A stretch of 64,000 bases of DNA, taken from Octopus bimaculoides (Eukaryota). Shown here one piece after another: positions 28,578 to 41,849 of the stretch (position 1 is its first letter; each line of letters opens with the position of its first letter). The DNA is taken from the NCBI RefSeq assembly GCF_001194135.2, contig NC_068998.1:52909068-52973067 (forward strand), read 5' to 3'. A program made the translations under genes and the position numbers. The notes under the pieces are model-generated. The model had not been told where the DNA came from. It saw only the letters and a list, made by a program, of their open reading frames with translations, and ran no database searches.

Positions 28578-28642
28578 CGGACTTCACAACTTGCGCTCGA
28601 ATACGCAAACTGATTTCCGCAAACTTAATGACAACATAAATA
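28578..28642 (-). promoter_or_regulatory. Candidate core promoter and 34-nt first exon
   Basis: On minus: TATTTAT starting at -31, Inr TCAGTT with +1 at 28611, donor CCG|GTGAGT after +34. Confidence 0.25.
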
Positions 28643-28744
28643 CGGATGTTATGCGACAGCTGAGTTAGTACAATAAATTCTAGCTGAATACTAAGCGTTC
28701 TTACGATCGACTAAATCTCTCTGTCCCGCCACGAGATGTGTAAC

Positions 28745-29163
28745 TTTGCAGCTGCTTGTTTTTTACTTGTTGCAGTCATTAGACTGAGGCCATGCTGGGG
28801 CAGGACCTTGATGCGTGTTAACCGAAGAAGTCAACTCACACTATTTACGTTTGTTTTCGGTCTCTTCTTTTTAATTTTTAAATCAGATATTTTGGGTGTC
28901 TTTTTTGTCGAATCGCTGTTTAAACATGTATGTATGTATATTTATATATATATATATATATATATATGTACGTATGTATGTATATATATATGAGTGTCTG
29001 CAGTATTTATGCCTTGTGTGTGAGTGCGTGTGCGCGCGTGTGCGTGTGCGTGTGTGTGTAGAAAAGGAATAGAGAGAGAGTGGGGTGAAACGGTTAACCC
29101 GTTAAGATAAATAGGGCACAGGTCAAACGGACTCATAAATACAAACATATTTGAGCGCGCGCA

Positions 29164-29205
<42 letters not shown>

Positions 29206-29392
29206 ACACACAGACAATAGACACACATATGGACGTCCGGCTTCCGCACAGTTTTCTTCTACCTAATTCACTTGCAAGACATTTGCCGCCCCGGGGCTGT
29301 AGTAGAAGACACTTGTCTAAGGTGATGAATCGTAGAATTGAACCCGAAGCCACAAGTTTGCAAAGCGACCGTCTTAACCACTGAGCTACGCC
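28745..29392 (-). mobile_element. SINE family B copy with expanded internal microsatellites
   Basis: Tail at 28745-28925, head ending ttaaccactgagctacgcc at ~29390. Confidence 0.75.
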
Positions 29393-29554
29393 TTCATCTA
29401 CGTTAGTAATTAATATATAAAAATAAAAAAAAACATAGAAAGAAATATAATTACATATAATGAATGGCGTGTTTGATTTTCACCTTATAGGATATTCTTG
29501 AATATGTTTTTGTTTTTTTTTCTATCACCTAAAAACCCTTTTAGTGAAATGAAA

Positions 29555-29612
29555 TGGCTCTATCTGGGAATCGAACCAGGATCCTCGATTCGACGAGCCG
29601 AGAACGTACATC
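29555..29612 (-). pseudogene. tRNA-like 3' half (T-arm/B-box), tRNA pseudogene or SINE head
   Basis: Minus strand cctggttcgattcccagatagagcca; no matching D-arm or acceptor 5' strand found. Confidence 0.3.
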
Positions 29613-29883
29613 TTTCTTTACGAGTCAACCCACAGTCAAGCGCGTGCCATGCATTAGAATTCCTACGCGATAGCATACAAAGATCAGTGCGGTGGGGAAA
29701 GGGGGTCTGTGGAGTTTAGAGGAGAAGGAAAGAGTGAGAGAGAAAGAGAAAGAGAGAGAGACTGCTGCTGCTACTACTACTACAACTACCATTAAGTACT
29801 ATGAGCTTCAACTCAGTAAACCCTCGCAAAATCTTCCGAAGAAAAGAAAACATGCAACCGTATGGTGTGGGTGTGCGCGTATG

Positions 29884-29914
<31 letters not shown>

Positions 29915-30580
29915 NNNNNNNNNNNNNNNNNNNNNNNNNNNNNNNNNNNNNNNNNNNNNNNNNNNNNNNNNNNNNNNNNNNNNNNNNNNNNNNNNNNNNN
30001 NNNNNNNNNNNNNNNNNNNNNNNNNNNNNNNNNNNNNNNNNNNNNNNNNNNNNNNNNNNNNNNNNNNNNNNNNNNNNNNNNNNNNNNNNNNNNNNNNNNN
30101 NNNNNNNNNNNNNNNNNNNNNNNNNNNNNNNNNNNNNNNNNNNNNNNNNNNNNNNNNNNNNNNNNNNNNNNNNNNNNNNNNNNNNNNNNNNNNNNNNNNN
30201 NNNNNNNNNNNNNNNNNNNNNNNNNNNNNNNNNNNNNNNNNNNNNNNNNNNNNNNNNNNNNNNNNNNNNNNNNNNNNNNNNNNNNNNNNNNNNNNNNNNN
30301 NNNNNNNNNNNNNNNNNNNNNNNNNNNNNNNNNNNNNNNNNNNNNNNNNNNNNNNNNNNNNNNNNNNNNNNNNNNNNNNNNNNNNNNNNNNNNNNNNNNN
30401 NNNNNNNNNNNNNNNNNNNNNNNNNNNNNNNNNNNNNNNNNNNNNNNNNNNNNNNNNNNNNNNNNNNNNNNNNNNNNNNNNNNNNNNNNNNNNNNNNNNN
30501 NNNNNNNNNNNNNNNNNNNNNNNNNNNNNNNNNNNNNNNNNNNNNNNNNNNNNNNNNNNNNNNNNNNNNNNNNNNNNNNN
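29915..30580. other. Assembly gap
   Basis: Run of N after (TA)n. Confidence 1.
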
Positions 30581-30584
30581 TATA

Positions 30585-30805
30585 TATGTTTGTGTGTCTA
30601 TGTTTGTCCCCCCCCCCAACATCGCTTCACAACCGATGCTGGTGTGTTTACGTCCCCGTCACTTACCCGTTCTGCAAGAGAGACCGATAGAATAAGTACT
30701 AGGCTTACAAAGAATAAATCCCGGGGTCGATTTGGTCGTCTAAAGACGGTGCTCCAGCATGGCCGCAGCCAAATGACTGAAACAAAGAAAAAAAGAAAAG
30801 AATAT
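30585..30805 (+). mobile_element. SINE family B 3' half, well preserved
   Basis: ttgtcccccc..catcgctt.acaaccgatgctggtgtgtttacgtccccg...ggtgctccagcatggccgcag..aaatgactgaaac. Confidence 0.92.
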
Positions 30806-32387
30806 ATGTGTGTATATATAGATTACCAATGTTTTGCAGCAACAGAGTAAGTGAAGGGCCGAGAGTTTCCTGCGTTTCATGACTTGGTTAAGTGCAAACG
30901 CACGAAAGTCCGGGCCCTGTGGCGTCCTGTTGCTTCTACGAAATATTAATAAAATAAATGTGTGTGTGTGTGTATCGCTTGTATACACCATGTGTCGTCC
31001 TATCTACAGTAATTCAGATGTGTGCATGTATGAAAGCTGGATTAGTGTATGGTATTGCATGTAACGTGACGGAGATATTATAAGACAACGTATTCGGTGA
31101 CGCAACGAGCCTTATATTACCAACTGCTTTATTATTTCCATATCGTTGAGAAATGAATATATGTTGAAGAAACTTTGGAAAATTCCTGCTTATTCCAACT
31201 TTATTTCGTTCCATCCCATTCTTTACCACTCGACCATACCAGATAGAAATAGCAGCGAAAGTCGAGAGGCTTTCTTTATAACCATGTGGTTCCAGTTTCG
31301 AAGACAGTGATCAGTACCTAATCAATAGTCTTCTACTATAACCACGGGCCGACTAGTGTCTTGTGAGTGAATTTGGAAAACGGAAGCTGTAGAATCCCAT
31401 CGTATACATACAAACCCACACAAACGCACACAGATCTATCTTTCCATCTGTCTATCTGTTTGTGTGAGTGAGTGTGTGTGTGCGTGCATGCGTTTGTGCG
31501 TGCGTGTATGTGTGTACGTGTGTGTGTATTTGTGTGTATGTGTGTGTTTTGTACGTTTGTGTTTGACCCTCAACGCTTGACAACGGGTGTTGGTTTGTTT
31601 AGGTCCCTAGCTTCGCTATAACAGATCGATGGAAATAAATAAGTGACTTCAAAAACCCAGTAGCGCGGCAGCATTTGTTAAACTATATCATTCAAAGCAG
31701 TGCCCCAGCTTGGCCGCAGTGCAATGATTCCGTCAAGTACAAGATAGACGACAATACGTTGAATAATTCAGTCGCACCATCAGTATATCGCAATAAATAA
31801 ATAAGTAAATAAATAAATGTGGTTGTCACGGCCGTCTCTTTCTGGACTGCTATAGGGTTAAAAAACAACAAAAAAAAACAACATTACCAACAGCAGCAGC
31901 AGCAGTAGCAACGGCAGCAACGGCAGCAGCAGTAATAATAGCGTTAGTAAAACAGCAACAAGAACAACAATGAATTAATTAATGTTATAATATTTTGGTA
32001 AAGTCCGTTTTTGTTTTCTTCTTTCTTCGGGAAATCCATGAAGACTACACGTAACAAGACGGAGAAATCTTGTTCTATAAATGAACATAATACAAACAGA
32101 CACACAGACACACAGACACACGGAATCACACATACAGTAATGAATATTTACACACACACTCTACGAATTTATACATAAGGACGCTTATGCACGCAGTCGC
32201 ACGCACGCACGCACGCACGCACGAACAAGCGTACACATATGCACTGATTGTCTCACGGTTGCGGTCAAATGCAGGCTGACTCGTGTATGCAACAGGTGGA
32301 CACACTAAAACACTTAAAGCTACTTGTGATTGCGATAGGCATGAATAAGAAATATTTCACACACGTACTCATACAGACGGACACGCA

Positions 32388-32559
32388 CTGGAGTGGCTGT
32401 GTGGTAGGTAGCTTGCTCACCAACTACATGGTTCCGGGTTCAGTCCCACAGCGTGGCACCCTGGGCAAGTGTCTTCGACTATAGCCTCGGGCCGACCAAA
32501 GCCGTGTGAGTGGATTTGGTGGACGGAAACTGAAAGAAGCCTGTCGCATATATATTTCG

Positions 32560-32591
<32 letters not shown>

Positions 32592-32596
32592 CTTTT

Positions 32597-32638
<42 letters not shown>

Positions 32639-32850
32639 CCAAGTAACAGTTTTTTGTTATATTTATACTGCTTTTAAATAAAGCATGTTACTCTACCTCT
32701 GGTATTCGAGTACTCTTTTTCCACCTTGTTGCACATTTATGTGCTTACTCCGATATATATATATATATATATATGTCGTATATGTGTATGCATGTGTATA
32801 TGTTTGTGTGTCCGTATGTGTCACCCCCAACGTCGCTTGATAACCGAAAC
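32388..32850 (+). mobile_element. SINE family B copy, well-preserved head, with an insert in its central (TA)n
   Basis: ggagtggctgtgtggtaggtagcttgct...gggttcagtccca...gggcaagtgtcttc..ctatagcctcgggccgacc; the tail is truncated at ~32850. Confidence 0.92.
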
Positions 32851-32931
32851 CACAATGATACGATCATAAGTCCAACACCCTAGCCACTAAGCCACGCGTC
32901 TCTCCACTTGTTTACATATATACGTATGTAT

Positions 32932-33480
32932 GTTAAGCAGAGAATCTGTATCAAAGTTTGCCAAAGGCGTGGTGACATCTGCTCAGAAGCCTGCGAAAAA
33001 CTTTCAAAAGTTCTCATCGTTTTCGACAGAGTCAAAGAGAACTTGTGCAACTGAAACCCGAGTGTCTTTTGGTCAGCTGAAAGCGGTCTTGGCACAAATT
33101 TGGCACACACGCGTCTCATACCCAAATCTTCAGTGATAATGGACAGAACTGAACCGTAGGTAATCTGAACATCCTCTGATAACTCATGGATGGTGATTCG
33201 ACGACTTCTCTTCACAGCTGCACGCACGTTTGCGATGTTTTTCTCAGTTCAGCTGGTGACCGGAATCCCAGAACGTTCGTCAATATCGACACTTTTCAGT
33301 CATCTTGGAAATGCCTGCAGCACTCGGTCACTTGTCTGTCGCTCATACACTCCTCTCCGTACACTTTCTGCAACTTTGCGTTGGCCTCTAAGTATGGATC
33401 GCCATGACAACTTCCTCTGTCATGGTCAATGCGATGATCACACACTACACATCTTCCTTCCAAACAGTGCTGTAAATAGC
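32932..33480 (-). mobile_element. Mariner (Tc1/mariner) transposase 5' fragment with an inverted copy of its first codons
   Basis: Minus strand: KVYGEECMS...RRITIHELSEDVQITYGSVLSIITEDLGMRRVCAKFVPRPLSADQK...DSVENDEN (mariner HTH domains and the VP..L linker); plus strand 32932-33012 reads KQRICIKVCQ..G..CSEA. Confidence 0.9.
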
Positions 33481-33484
33481 AGAC

Positions 33485-33518
<34 letters not shown>

Positions 33519-33652
33519 ATGTGTTTGTGTGTATGTATGCATATACATATACACATAAATACATATGTATATAAACATACATATACACACATACATATAT
33601 ATATGTATATATAAGTATATATATATATATATATAATACATATATATATATA

Positions 33653-34497
33653 NNNNNNNNNNNNNNNNNNNNNNNNNNNNNNNNNNNNNNNNNNNNNNNN
33701 NNNNNNNNNNNNNNNNNNNNNNNNNNNNNNNNNNNNNNNNNNNNNNNNNNNNNNNNNNNNNNNNNNNNNNNNNNNNNNNNNNNNNNNNNNNNNNNNNNNN
33801 NNNNNNNNNNNNNNNNNNNNNNNNNNNNNNNNNNNNNNNNNNNNNNNNNNNNNNNNNNNNNNNNNNNNNNNNNNNNNNNNNNNNNNNNNNNNNNNNNNNN
33901 NNNNNNNNNNNNNNNNNNNNNNNNNNNNNNNNNNNNNNNNNNNNNNNNNNNNNNNNNNNNNNNNNNNNNNNNNNNNNNNNNNNNNNNNNNNNNNNNNNNN
34001 NNNNNNNNNNNNNNNNNNNNNNNNNNNNNNNNNNNNNNNNNNNNNNNNNNNNNNNNNNNNNNNNNNNNNNNNNNNNNNNNNNNNNNNNNNNNNNNNNNNN
34101 NNNNNNNNNNNNNNNNNNNNNNNNNNNNNNNNNNNNNNNNNNNNNNNNNNNNNNNNNNNNNNNNNNNNNNNNNNNNNNNNNNNNNNNNNNNNNNNNNNNN
34201 NNNNNNNNNNNNNNNNNNNNNNNNNNNNNNNNNNNNNNNNNNNNNNNNNNNNNNNNNNNNNNNNNNNNNNNNNNNNNNNNNNNNNNNNNNNNNNNNNNNN
34301 NNNNNNNNNNNNNNNNNNNNNNNNNNNNNNNNNNNNNNNNNNNNNNNNNNNNNNNNNNNNNNNNNNNNNNNNNNNNNNNNNNNNNNNNNNNNNNNNNNNN
34401 NNNNNNNNNNNNNNNNNNNNNNNNNNNNNNNNNNNNNNNNNNNNNNNNNNNNNNNNNNNNNNNNNNNNNNNNNNNNNNNNNNNNNNNNNNNNNNNNN
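33653..34497. other. Assembly gap
   Basis: Run of N between (TA)n tracts. Confidence 1.
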
Positions 34498-35315
34498 TAT
34501 ATATATACCATGTTTATCTAACTCGTGTTTCCTCTCCCCCACACCACCCTTCCTTCTTCCACCAATAAATTGCAAAACCTTTACTGATCTCGTCATTATT
34601 TATCCCATTCACTATTTTAAAGTGATGTTTTTGTGGTTGTTCTTCTTGTACGCTTAGCAGCCAATTATCTCCGAATGATGTTCCAACATAAGTCTTATTC
34701 CCTTTCGTGCTGGTATCCATAGCATCAGTGAAAGACGGAATGGAATCCTCCCCCGGTTAAGTGAACTCCAGCTATGTCATCAGACGTGAATGGCTCATGG
34801 GATTGCAGTAAGCAGCGAAAAACAAAGGAGAGATTACACATCTCTTCTGTCATTCATGACTGTCGTTTGAAGCTACAACAATCAAGCGAGCACGTCGTGT
34901 TTTAGTAGCAGCAACAACAACGACCTGGTGGAAAACGTAGAAATAGCAGCCGACCGTCGGCGTGCGTTGAGATAGAATGCACGGGACAGATATTGTAAAT
35001 GAGAAGGCAAAAGAGATTTGGGGAGATATTAGATGTTATATATTGGATAATGAGCAAAATAGACATGGAGAGGGAGAGAGAGAGAGATGGAAAGAGAGGA
35101 GAGAAGAGAAAAAGATACTGAGAAGAAGAGAAAGACGGAGAGATTTACGATAGAGATATAGTTTGCGAGTGAGTTATAAAATCATGTTAGTGATAGAGCC
35201 AATTAATAAAGATAAGATTGATCGATAAGCAGATAGATTGGTAGACATACAGACATACAGACACACAGTTTAGATAAATAGATAGATAGATAGATAGATC
35301 GATAGATAGATAAAG

Positions 35316-35366
<51 letters not shown>

Positions 35367-35371
35367 AAAAA

Positions 35372-35430
<59 letters not shown>

Positions 35431-35672
35431 ATATATATATATATATACACACAGTTTTCTATTATCCCCATTTACTGTTTGTGTGAAAACATACACACAA
35501 ATGGAAAGAATGATACACAGTGAAATGCGTGAGAAAGAGAGAGGGAGAGAGAGGGAGAGAGAGAGAGAGAGAGAGAGATAGAGAGTGCGTGAGAAAAAGA
35601 TTATGTATAGAAATAAAGATGAAAACATATAAGGATTAACAGCCTAGTATGTATACACATAATGTGTATATC

Positions 35673-35715
<43 letters not shown>

Positions 35716-36004
35716 ATGTATACACACACATATAAATATATGATATATGTGTGTGTGTATGTGTGTGTGAGTGAGTGAGTGTGTGTGTGTATATATATAT
35801 ATATGCGTGAATGTCTGCAGTATGCATGCGTAGTGTGTGTGTGCGCACACGCGTGTGTTTAGGAAATGGAGAGATAGAGAGAGGGGGAGAGAGGGAGAAA
35901 GAGAGAGAGAGAGACTGTCAAGTAGTTAACGAGTTAAGATAAATAGGACAAGAGGGATTTGAGGTGAGCGAAAGAAGCAATTATAAATGTAAGAGACGGT
36001 ACGC

Positions 36005-36038
36005 GGAAAGAAAGAAAGAAAGAAAGAAAGAAAGAAAA

Positions 36039-36070
<32 letters not shown>

Positions 36071-36079
36071 GAGAAAAAG

Positions 36080-36118
<39 letters not shown>

Positions 36119-36120
36119 AT
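36005..36120. repeat. (GAAA)n tract within a long purine-rich stretch
   Basis: Seen directly. Confidence 0.95.
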
Positions 36121-39100
36121 GACGGGAAAAAAGAAACAAGACAGAATGACAGAAAGAAAGAGAAAAAGAAACAAAAAAGAAATAAAGAAGAAAGAATGAC
36201 AGAGATAGAGAAAGAGAGAGAAGGAGAGAGAGTGGAGGAGAGTACGATGGATAAAAAACCTAGTGACGGAATTTAGTAGAATTTTTCGAAAGAGTTTGAG
36301 AGCGAGGGATGTTAAGAGAAGGAGGAGAGAGCCAGAGAGAATGAAAGAAAAAGAAAAGAGAGTGGAAGTAGGGAGTGTATCTGAGATGGAAAGAAAATAG
36401 GGGAAGTAAAAAACGAGAATATAAACGAACGCGTCGTCTTGAATGTTATATCGCCGGTTTGTTGTAAATCAAATCCATTTCATTGGTTACGAAAGCAATC
36501 AAGCACATGGTTTTATTGTGGTCTTGATCAGGATATTTTATTCATTGTTGTTGTGCTTGGTTTTATTTCTGATTTGAATTTGAGGGCACGTGTACTGGAG
36601 ATTAAGGTTTTGGGGTACAAGACCGTTGGTTTGATTCCTGCACCGGGTAGGTGTTTGGGATATATAGCGAGGCACATTATTCCACGTCAATTTTATCTCC
36701 TCAGTTGAAAATAAGTACTCAAAGCAACTTGATTGATTGAATGGCGTGTCGTCCAGGGGACGAACGTCTTTAAGAACAAGAGTAGGGAACTGTTTACTGC
36801 TCTTACTAGAAGAGTATGTTGAGCCTCCATACTGGCCTCATTCCCGTTACTTAGCAGTTCAGTAAAATACATTGATAGAATCAGGCTTAAAATAGAAAAG
36901 TACTAGGTTCGATTCATTTGACCAAAATTTCTTCGAGGCTGTGCTGAGACATGTGTCTTAGCTTCTATTACACCGAGGATTATAAATATTACAAGTTTGA
37001 GTATCTCATCATGTTTTAGACATGTGACTATATTTTTCAATAAGACCATTCATTTTAAGAAAATAGACGTGTTATTTTAATATTACTTAGTTTTATTTGT
37101 GTAGTTGATTAAAGAAAAAGCCCTCTTACTTAATTCAAGCTCTTAGATATGATATCCTTTAATAATATAGGTCCTAAAGGAGATCGTCCAAGACAAAATC
37201 TTGGAATTTTGAAATGAATGAAGTTGGTTTGATGAAACAATGACATATGTTTGTCAAGAAGAAAAAGGCTACCGTGTCCCCTTTTTTTATTCTGGATCTC
37301 CCAGACTGATCGAAGAACAGTAGAAAATTAAAGTAAATCTGGTGACATCGTCCGAATGATTGCGATTACGTAAACTCCTTTCGCAGACCCATGGATCAGG
37401 AAGTGGTGTTAAACCGGTGACGGGACAAGTCTAACAACCAATAACACAGAACGCAAAGAACCACACTGGACTGTTATTTCCTCAATTTCGAAAGTTTGGC
37501 GGAATTAGAACTCAAAATGCTATTAAGGAAACACAAATATTGCCAGGCGTTCTGTGTACGTGTTGCAAAGATTCTTCTAATTTGGTGTTCAAGCTGTTGA
37601 CACATTAAGTCAACACCGCAAGAAGAGGCATAGCCTATCCGAAGGTTTTCCAATGTTTGGTTTGCCCCGAAGCTACGATCGAAGTTACTCGACTAAAATA
37701 CTTCTACTCTTAACTAAAGGCAACAATATTGATCATCGGCTGTCCTAATCACCCCACTTCGAACTCGTTTACTAATTTGTCATGCTACGTAACTGCTGCT
37801 AATACTGATTGCCTCAGCAAGTCAGATTTACTACTTCTATATATGATACACAAACGATACTTTCCTCAACAAGCCGAAGATGTTTTTGCGATAACAAACA
37901 AATTTCTTTCACCTCTACAATCAATCCTCTGTTTGAAAACAAAATTTATCCTGAAAAACATAGAATTACAAAACAGCCTATGTAGGAGGTTATTTAGTAA
38001 TTCTATACGAGTAATGAAGCATCTTTATGTTTGTTATCATTCATTAACGTCGTCTTGTATTGCTCAAAGGGTTTACAAATATTTATCTCATTTTTATATA
38101 CTTCAATGCTTCAAGCAAAATACGATACCCAGCATTCTAATTATTCTTATTGCTTGCTTTCATCCTACTACACAATGCTGCTTTGTGAGCCATGTACGTA
38201 TTCTGTTGTCTTCTAGTTTGGCGTTTAATGCAGAAAGTATTTAATGTGATATGTATGCATTGCCTCGTACTTTTATGCCTTTTTCAAGTGTAATTTCTTG
38301 CCTATTCTTTAATCACCCCCCCCCCACCTATCATCATCGGGATTGCTTCGGTCACAGTATTATGGTTAGCACCATTTCCAGTTCATTTAATGACACATTT
38401 TTGTTGGTTGGCACCGAAACTTTCTTTATGACTAGGGTACTTCCTATGATATTGTTCCTTAATAAGAATATTCCACTGATATTATACATGGCACATGGAT
38501 CTGAATGTGTTGCTATTTTCCGAAATATTTTCTATTCTACAGTCATACCAACTATTTTCCTATTTCCTGTTGGTATTTGAGAATGAGGGTAAACTCTACA
38601 ATGCAGGCACCCCATCTCAGCCTTGCCCTTGTTTAAGCAGCTCAGGTAAAAGCAATTTGGTTAACTGTCTATGCTTAACCTTCACATATTCAGAAGTTCA
38701 TTCATGCATGCTGTATTATTAGATTCTTCTAGAGATTTCTGACGGGAATGTTGCTCTCCTGTTCTGCAATCAGGCGTCATTGAATGCTGGACTTCTCAGG
38801 CAATACTGAGATTATTCTGTGCATGTTACCACACAATTCATTCTTTTAGAAATTTGTCATGTACAGGAATTTCTTTAAAGCGTTATAAAATGGTATTATG
38901 AAACTCTATTCTTATCTTAGTTTTTGCATTTTTCAAAACCCATATTTTGCTTTCCTATTTTCTTATCAGAAATATCTGTCACTTCAGCTTCTCTTGAGTG
39001 ACTCTGAGAAGCTTTGAAGAGTAAATAATTTTAATATATTTGTGCCTATCGCTTCCCATTTACTGGTGGCACTCATTAGACTGCGACCCCGATGAGGAAA

Positions 39101-39190
39101 AGCTTTCAAGGTTTTCAGTCGAATACGTCAGCCTCATTGATTATGTTTTTAAAGTTTGTTCTCACACTACGATTAAGTTACATGACATAA

Positions 39191-39192
<2 letters not shown>

Positions 39193-39286
<94 letters not shown>

Positions 39287-39445
39287 GCTTCCACTCCGTT
39301 TCCGTCTAATAAATTCACTCACAAGATAGTGGTTGGCCCAGATCTATAGTAGAAGACATATGCTCAAGGTGCTTCACAGTAGGACTGAACACAAAATCAC
39401 ACGGCTGCACCGTGAGCTTGTTACCCACACAACAATGCCTGCGCT
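39193..39445 (-). mobile_element. (CA)n tract plus SINE family B head
   Basis: tttccgtcta..aaattcactcacaag...atagtagaagaca...ggactgaac. Confidence 0.8.
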
Positions 39446-40289
39446 TATGTTTTGTCGCTATTTGAAACAAGCTTCCATTATTCTTTTCTAGATATTTTCG
39501 TTATCCTACAGTACATATTTTATAATTGTCTTCTAGTTGCATAACACTTTGTTTCCCTCTGTTCCTGGAAGCACAATATATCTCCATCGGATGCTGTGTA
39601 GTGTATTCTAAAGGATGTCATTATATTATTATCTCGCTGTCTATTTGTGCTAATTCATTTAACGTTCACTTGAAAATATGATTGCTTATTCCTGGTACAT
39701 TTAGTGTGTGTAAGTGTATTACTTCAATTTTCTGCATTTAGCTCTGTTTTAAGTATTAATCAACTAAATCGGTCATAATATTCCTCCTTAACCCTTTCTT
39801 TCATCTGTGTTTAATGTACACTTTGGTATTTCTTGATACCAAATTATTTAGAAGTCTGAAATTGTTTTCATTCGCTTATATCTCTTTCTTTATCAAACGC
39901 AGAATTTGTATTCATAATTAATTTATAGCACCCTCTTTGAGATTGCATTGGCAACATTTTCTGATCCTAATTGAATATCTTTTCTCTTAGTAAATCCTTG
40001 AACCGTCTGTAGTCGGGTTTCTAGTTATTTATCATCAAACTACAGTTTTCAAACGCTTGATAGCATGTGTTGCTAGTTCACGACCTGGGATACATTTATT
40101 AACAGCAGAAAGGAAAAGGCTGAGAGAGTAAGTGAGAGAGGATTCTTAGAATATTCCTCTTCAAAACAGAGATGTGTTAATAATAAGTGATTCTCTCGTC
40201 AAAGACGACGTAACAGTGTCTCGCTCTTATCAAAAAACCTATACAAAGGATTTATTTATATTGATCAATTGTATGTGCTGTACATTAGG

Positions 40290-40490
40290 TCACTCCCTCC
40301 GTGAAACCGACGATGCCTGAACAGGGGCACGCAGGTGTACCACGCGTCAGGTGTCGGAGTGAGTGATCAGAGAGCAACGTGAGTGATCAGAGAGCAAGTG
40401 TTTTGCTCAAGAACACAACACACCACCGGGTCTAAGAATTGAAACCACGATCTAGCGATCATGAGTGCAACACTCGTACCAGTAGGCTAT
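40290..40490 (-). mobile_element. SINE family C copy
   Basis: ttttgctcaagaacacaac...aattgaaaccacgatc...catgagtgcaacactc is the reverse complement of the 4295 element; its head abuts (AAC)n(AAT)n at 40494-40590. Confidence 0.8.
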
Positions 40491-40514
40491 AATAACAACA
40501 ACAACAACAACAAC

Positions 40515-40572
<58 letters not shown>

Positions 40573-41137
40573 TTAATAATAATAATAACAAATGAAGTGA
40601 AAAAGAATAAGTGAGTGTGTTTATTATTGGCATAATGACCCTCTAGTTGTACAACAACATCTGATTTAACACACTAGAATCTTCCAAATCAAATGCAGAA
40701 ACTAAAACTTCTTGAACTTGGTAGTTTCTTCACCCCTGTCTGAGCGATGTTTTACTGAGATGAGATCGAAGTCGCCAACAGAGTTCAGAGGGTGTTTTGT
40801 TTTTAACCAGCTCTTGATATATATATCTGGAAGGTTACTTTGATTTCCTTAGTATTGAAGACCATATCCCAAATACATCTGTAGAGCGTTTCTCACGCAA
40901 TATATTTTTCATATGTTTGTGTCAATTCTTATTCGATTTAATCTCCGACAGTCAGTATATTGTCTAGTGGACCTAGCTTTTGGCGAGAACGTCTCTGTCA
41001 ATATATGTGGACTTTGCAAAGACTGAAAATCTGGTTTTGATGCGGGCAAATGCTTCCTTGTATCAATAATATAGTCTGCACTTCATATCGTATAAATCTT
41101 TCCTTACATTATTCACATTAATAATGGTGGCTTTGAA

Positions 41138-41332
41138 GACGGCGAGCTGGCACAGTCGGACAAAGTGTTTAGCAGCATTTCTCCTGCCTTTACCTTCTGA
41201 GTCCATCAAGGTTGATTTTTGCCTTTCATCCTTTCCGGGTCGATAAAAATAAAAACCAGTTGAGTGTTGGGGTCAATATAATCGACTTACCCATTTCCCG
41301 GAAAGTGGTGGCAGTGGCCAAAATTTGAAACC
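41138..41332 (+). mobile_element. SINE family A copy
   Basis: ggcgagctggca...tttgcctttcatcctttccgggtcgataaa...aaaatttgaaacc. Confidence 0.85.
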
Positions 41333-41514
41333 TATACTGGACTTCGTAATTAGTCTTATGGAGCTAAATTCAGATCTGTTTTTTTCACATAGGGAGAGTT
41401 TGCATCGTTGTTTTTCTGTGTAGTTCGTTTCAGGTTTGCATTTCGTTTCCTTTTGTCTTTTTACTTTCCTTGAGATCCAGCATTTAAGGATTTATTGAAA
41501 GAAATCTACCCCGG

Positions 41515-41812
41515 TACTTGTTTATTTCAGTCTGGTAAATATTCTGTCGGTTCTTTTGTCGAGCCGCTACATAATGCAGACGTAAACAAACCAAAACCCA
41601 TCCTCAAGCGGTGGTGCAAAGCCAAATGCAAGAACATAACGCATACACATGCACAAATACATTTACACACACACACATACTCAAAGATATATATATACGA
41701 CGGGCTTTTGTAGAGTTCACGTCTGTTGCATTGGTCGGTCCGGGCTATAATAGTCGACACATTCCAAAGATGACGTGCAGAAGCACTGAACCTAAAATTA
41801 CGTGGTTACAAA
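41515..41812 (-). mobile_element. SINE family B copy
   Basis: Tail and head motifs, reverse complement. Confidence 0.8.
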
Positions 41813-41849
41813 TGAAAAAATTTTATGGCCACTTCATGCAATTTTTTGC

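Larger units (their letters stand above)
37750..41110 (-). mobile_element. Highly decayed RTE-like LINE interrupted by SINEs and microsatellites
   Basis: Minus-strand remnants EYVKVKHRQL..GQG*DGVPA (cf. K.AI.QL..GKA.G.DG.PAE) and SGIFLL (cf. RGISLL) at 38.4-38.7 kb; the extent beyond 39 kb is uncertain. Confidence 0.45.

Noticed and set aside
30841-30853. 7-nt segment between ttttgcag and gtaagt (possible micro-exon)
   Set aside because: Frameshifting length, with no supporting neighbouring exons
37270-37400. SPDL-like motif suggesting a Tc1 transposase remnant on minus
   Set aside because: Too degenerate to support
37729-38244. 171-aa plus-strand ORF
   Set aside because: Antisense to the decayed LINE region, with no splice or homology support
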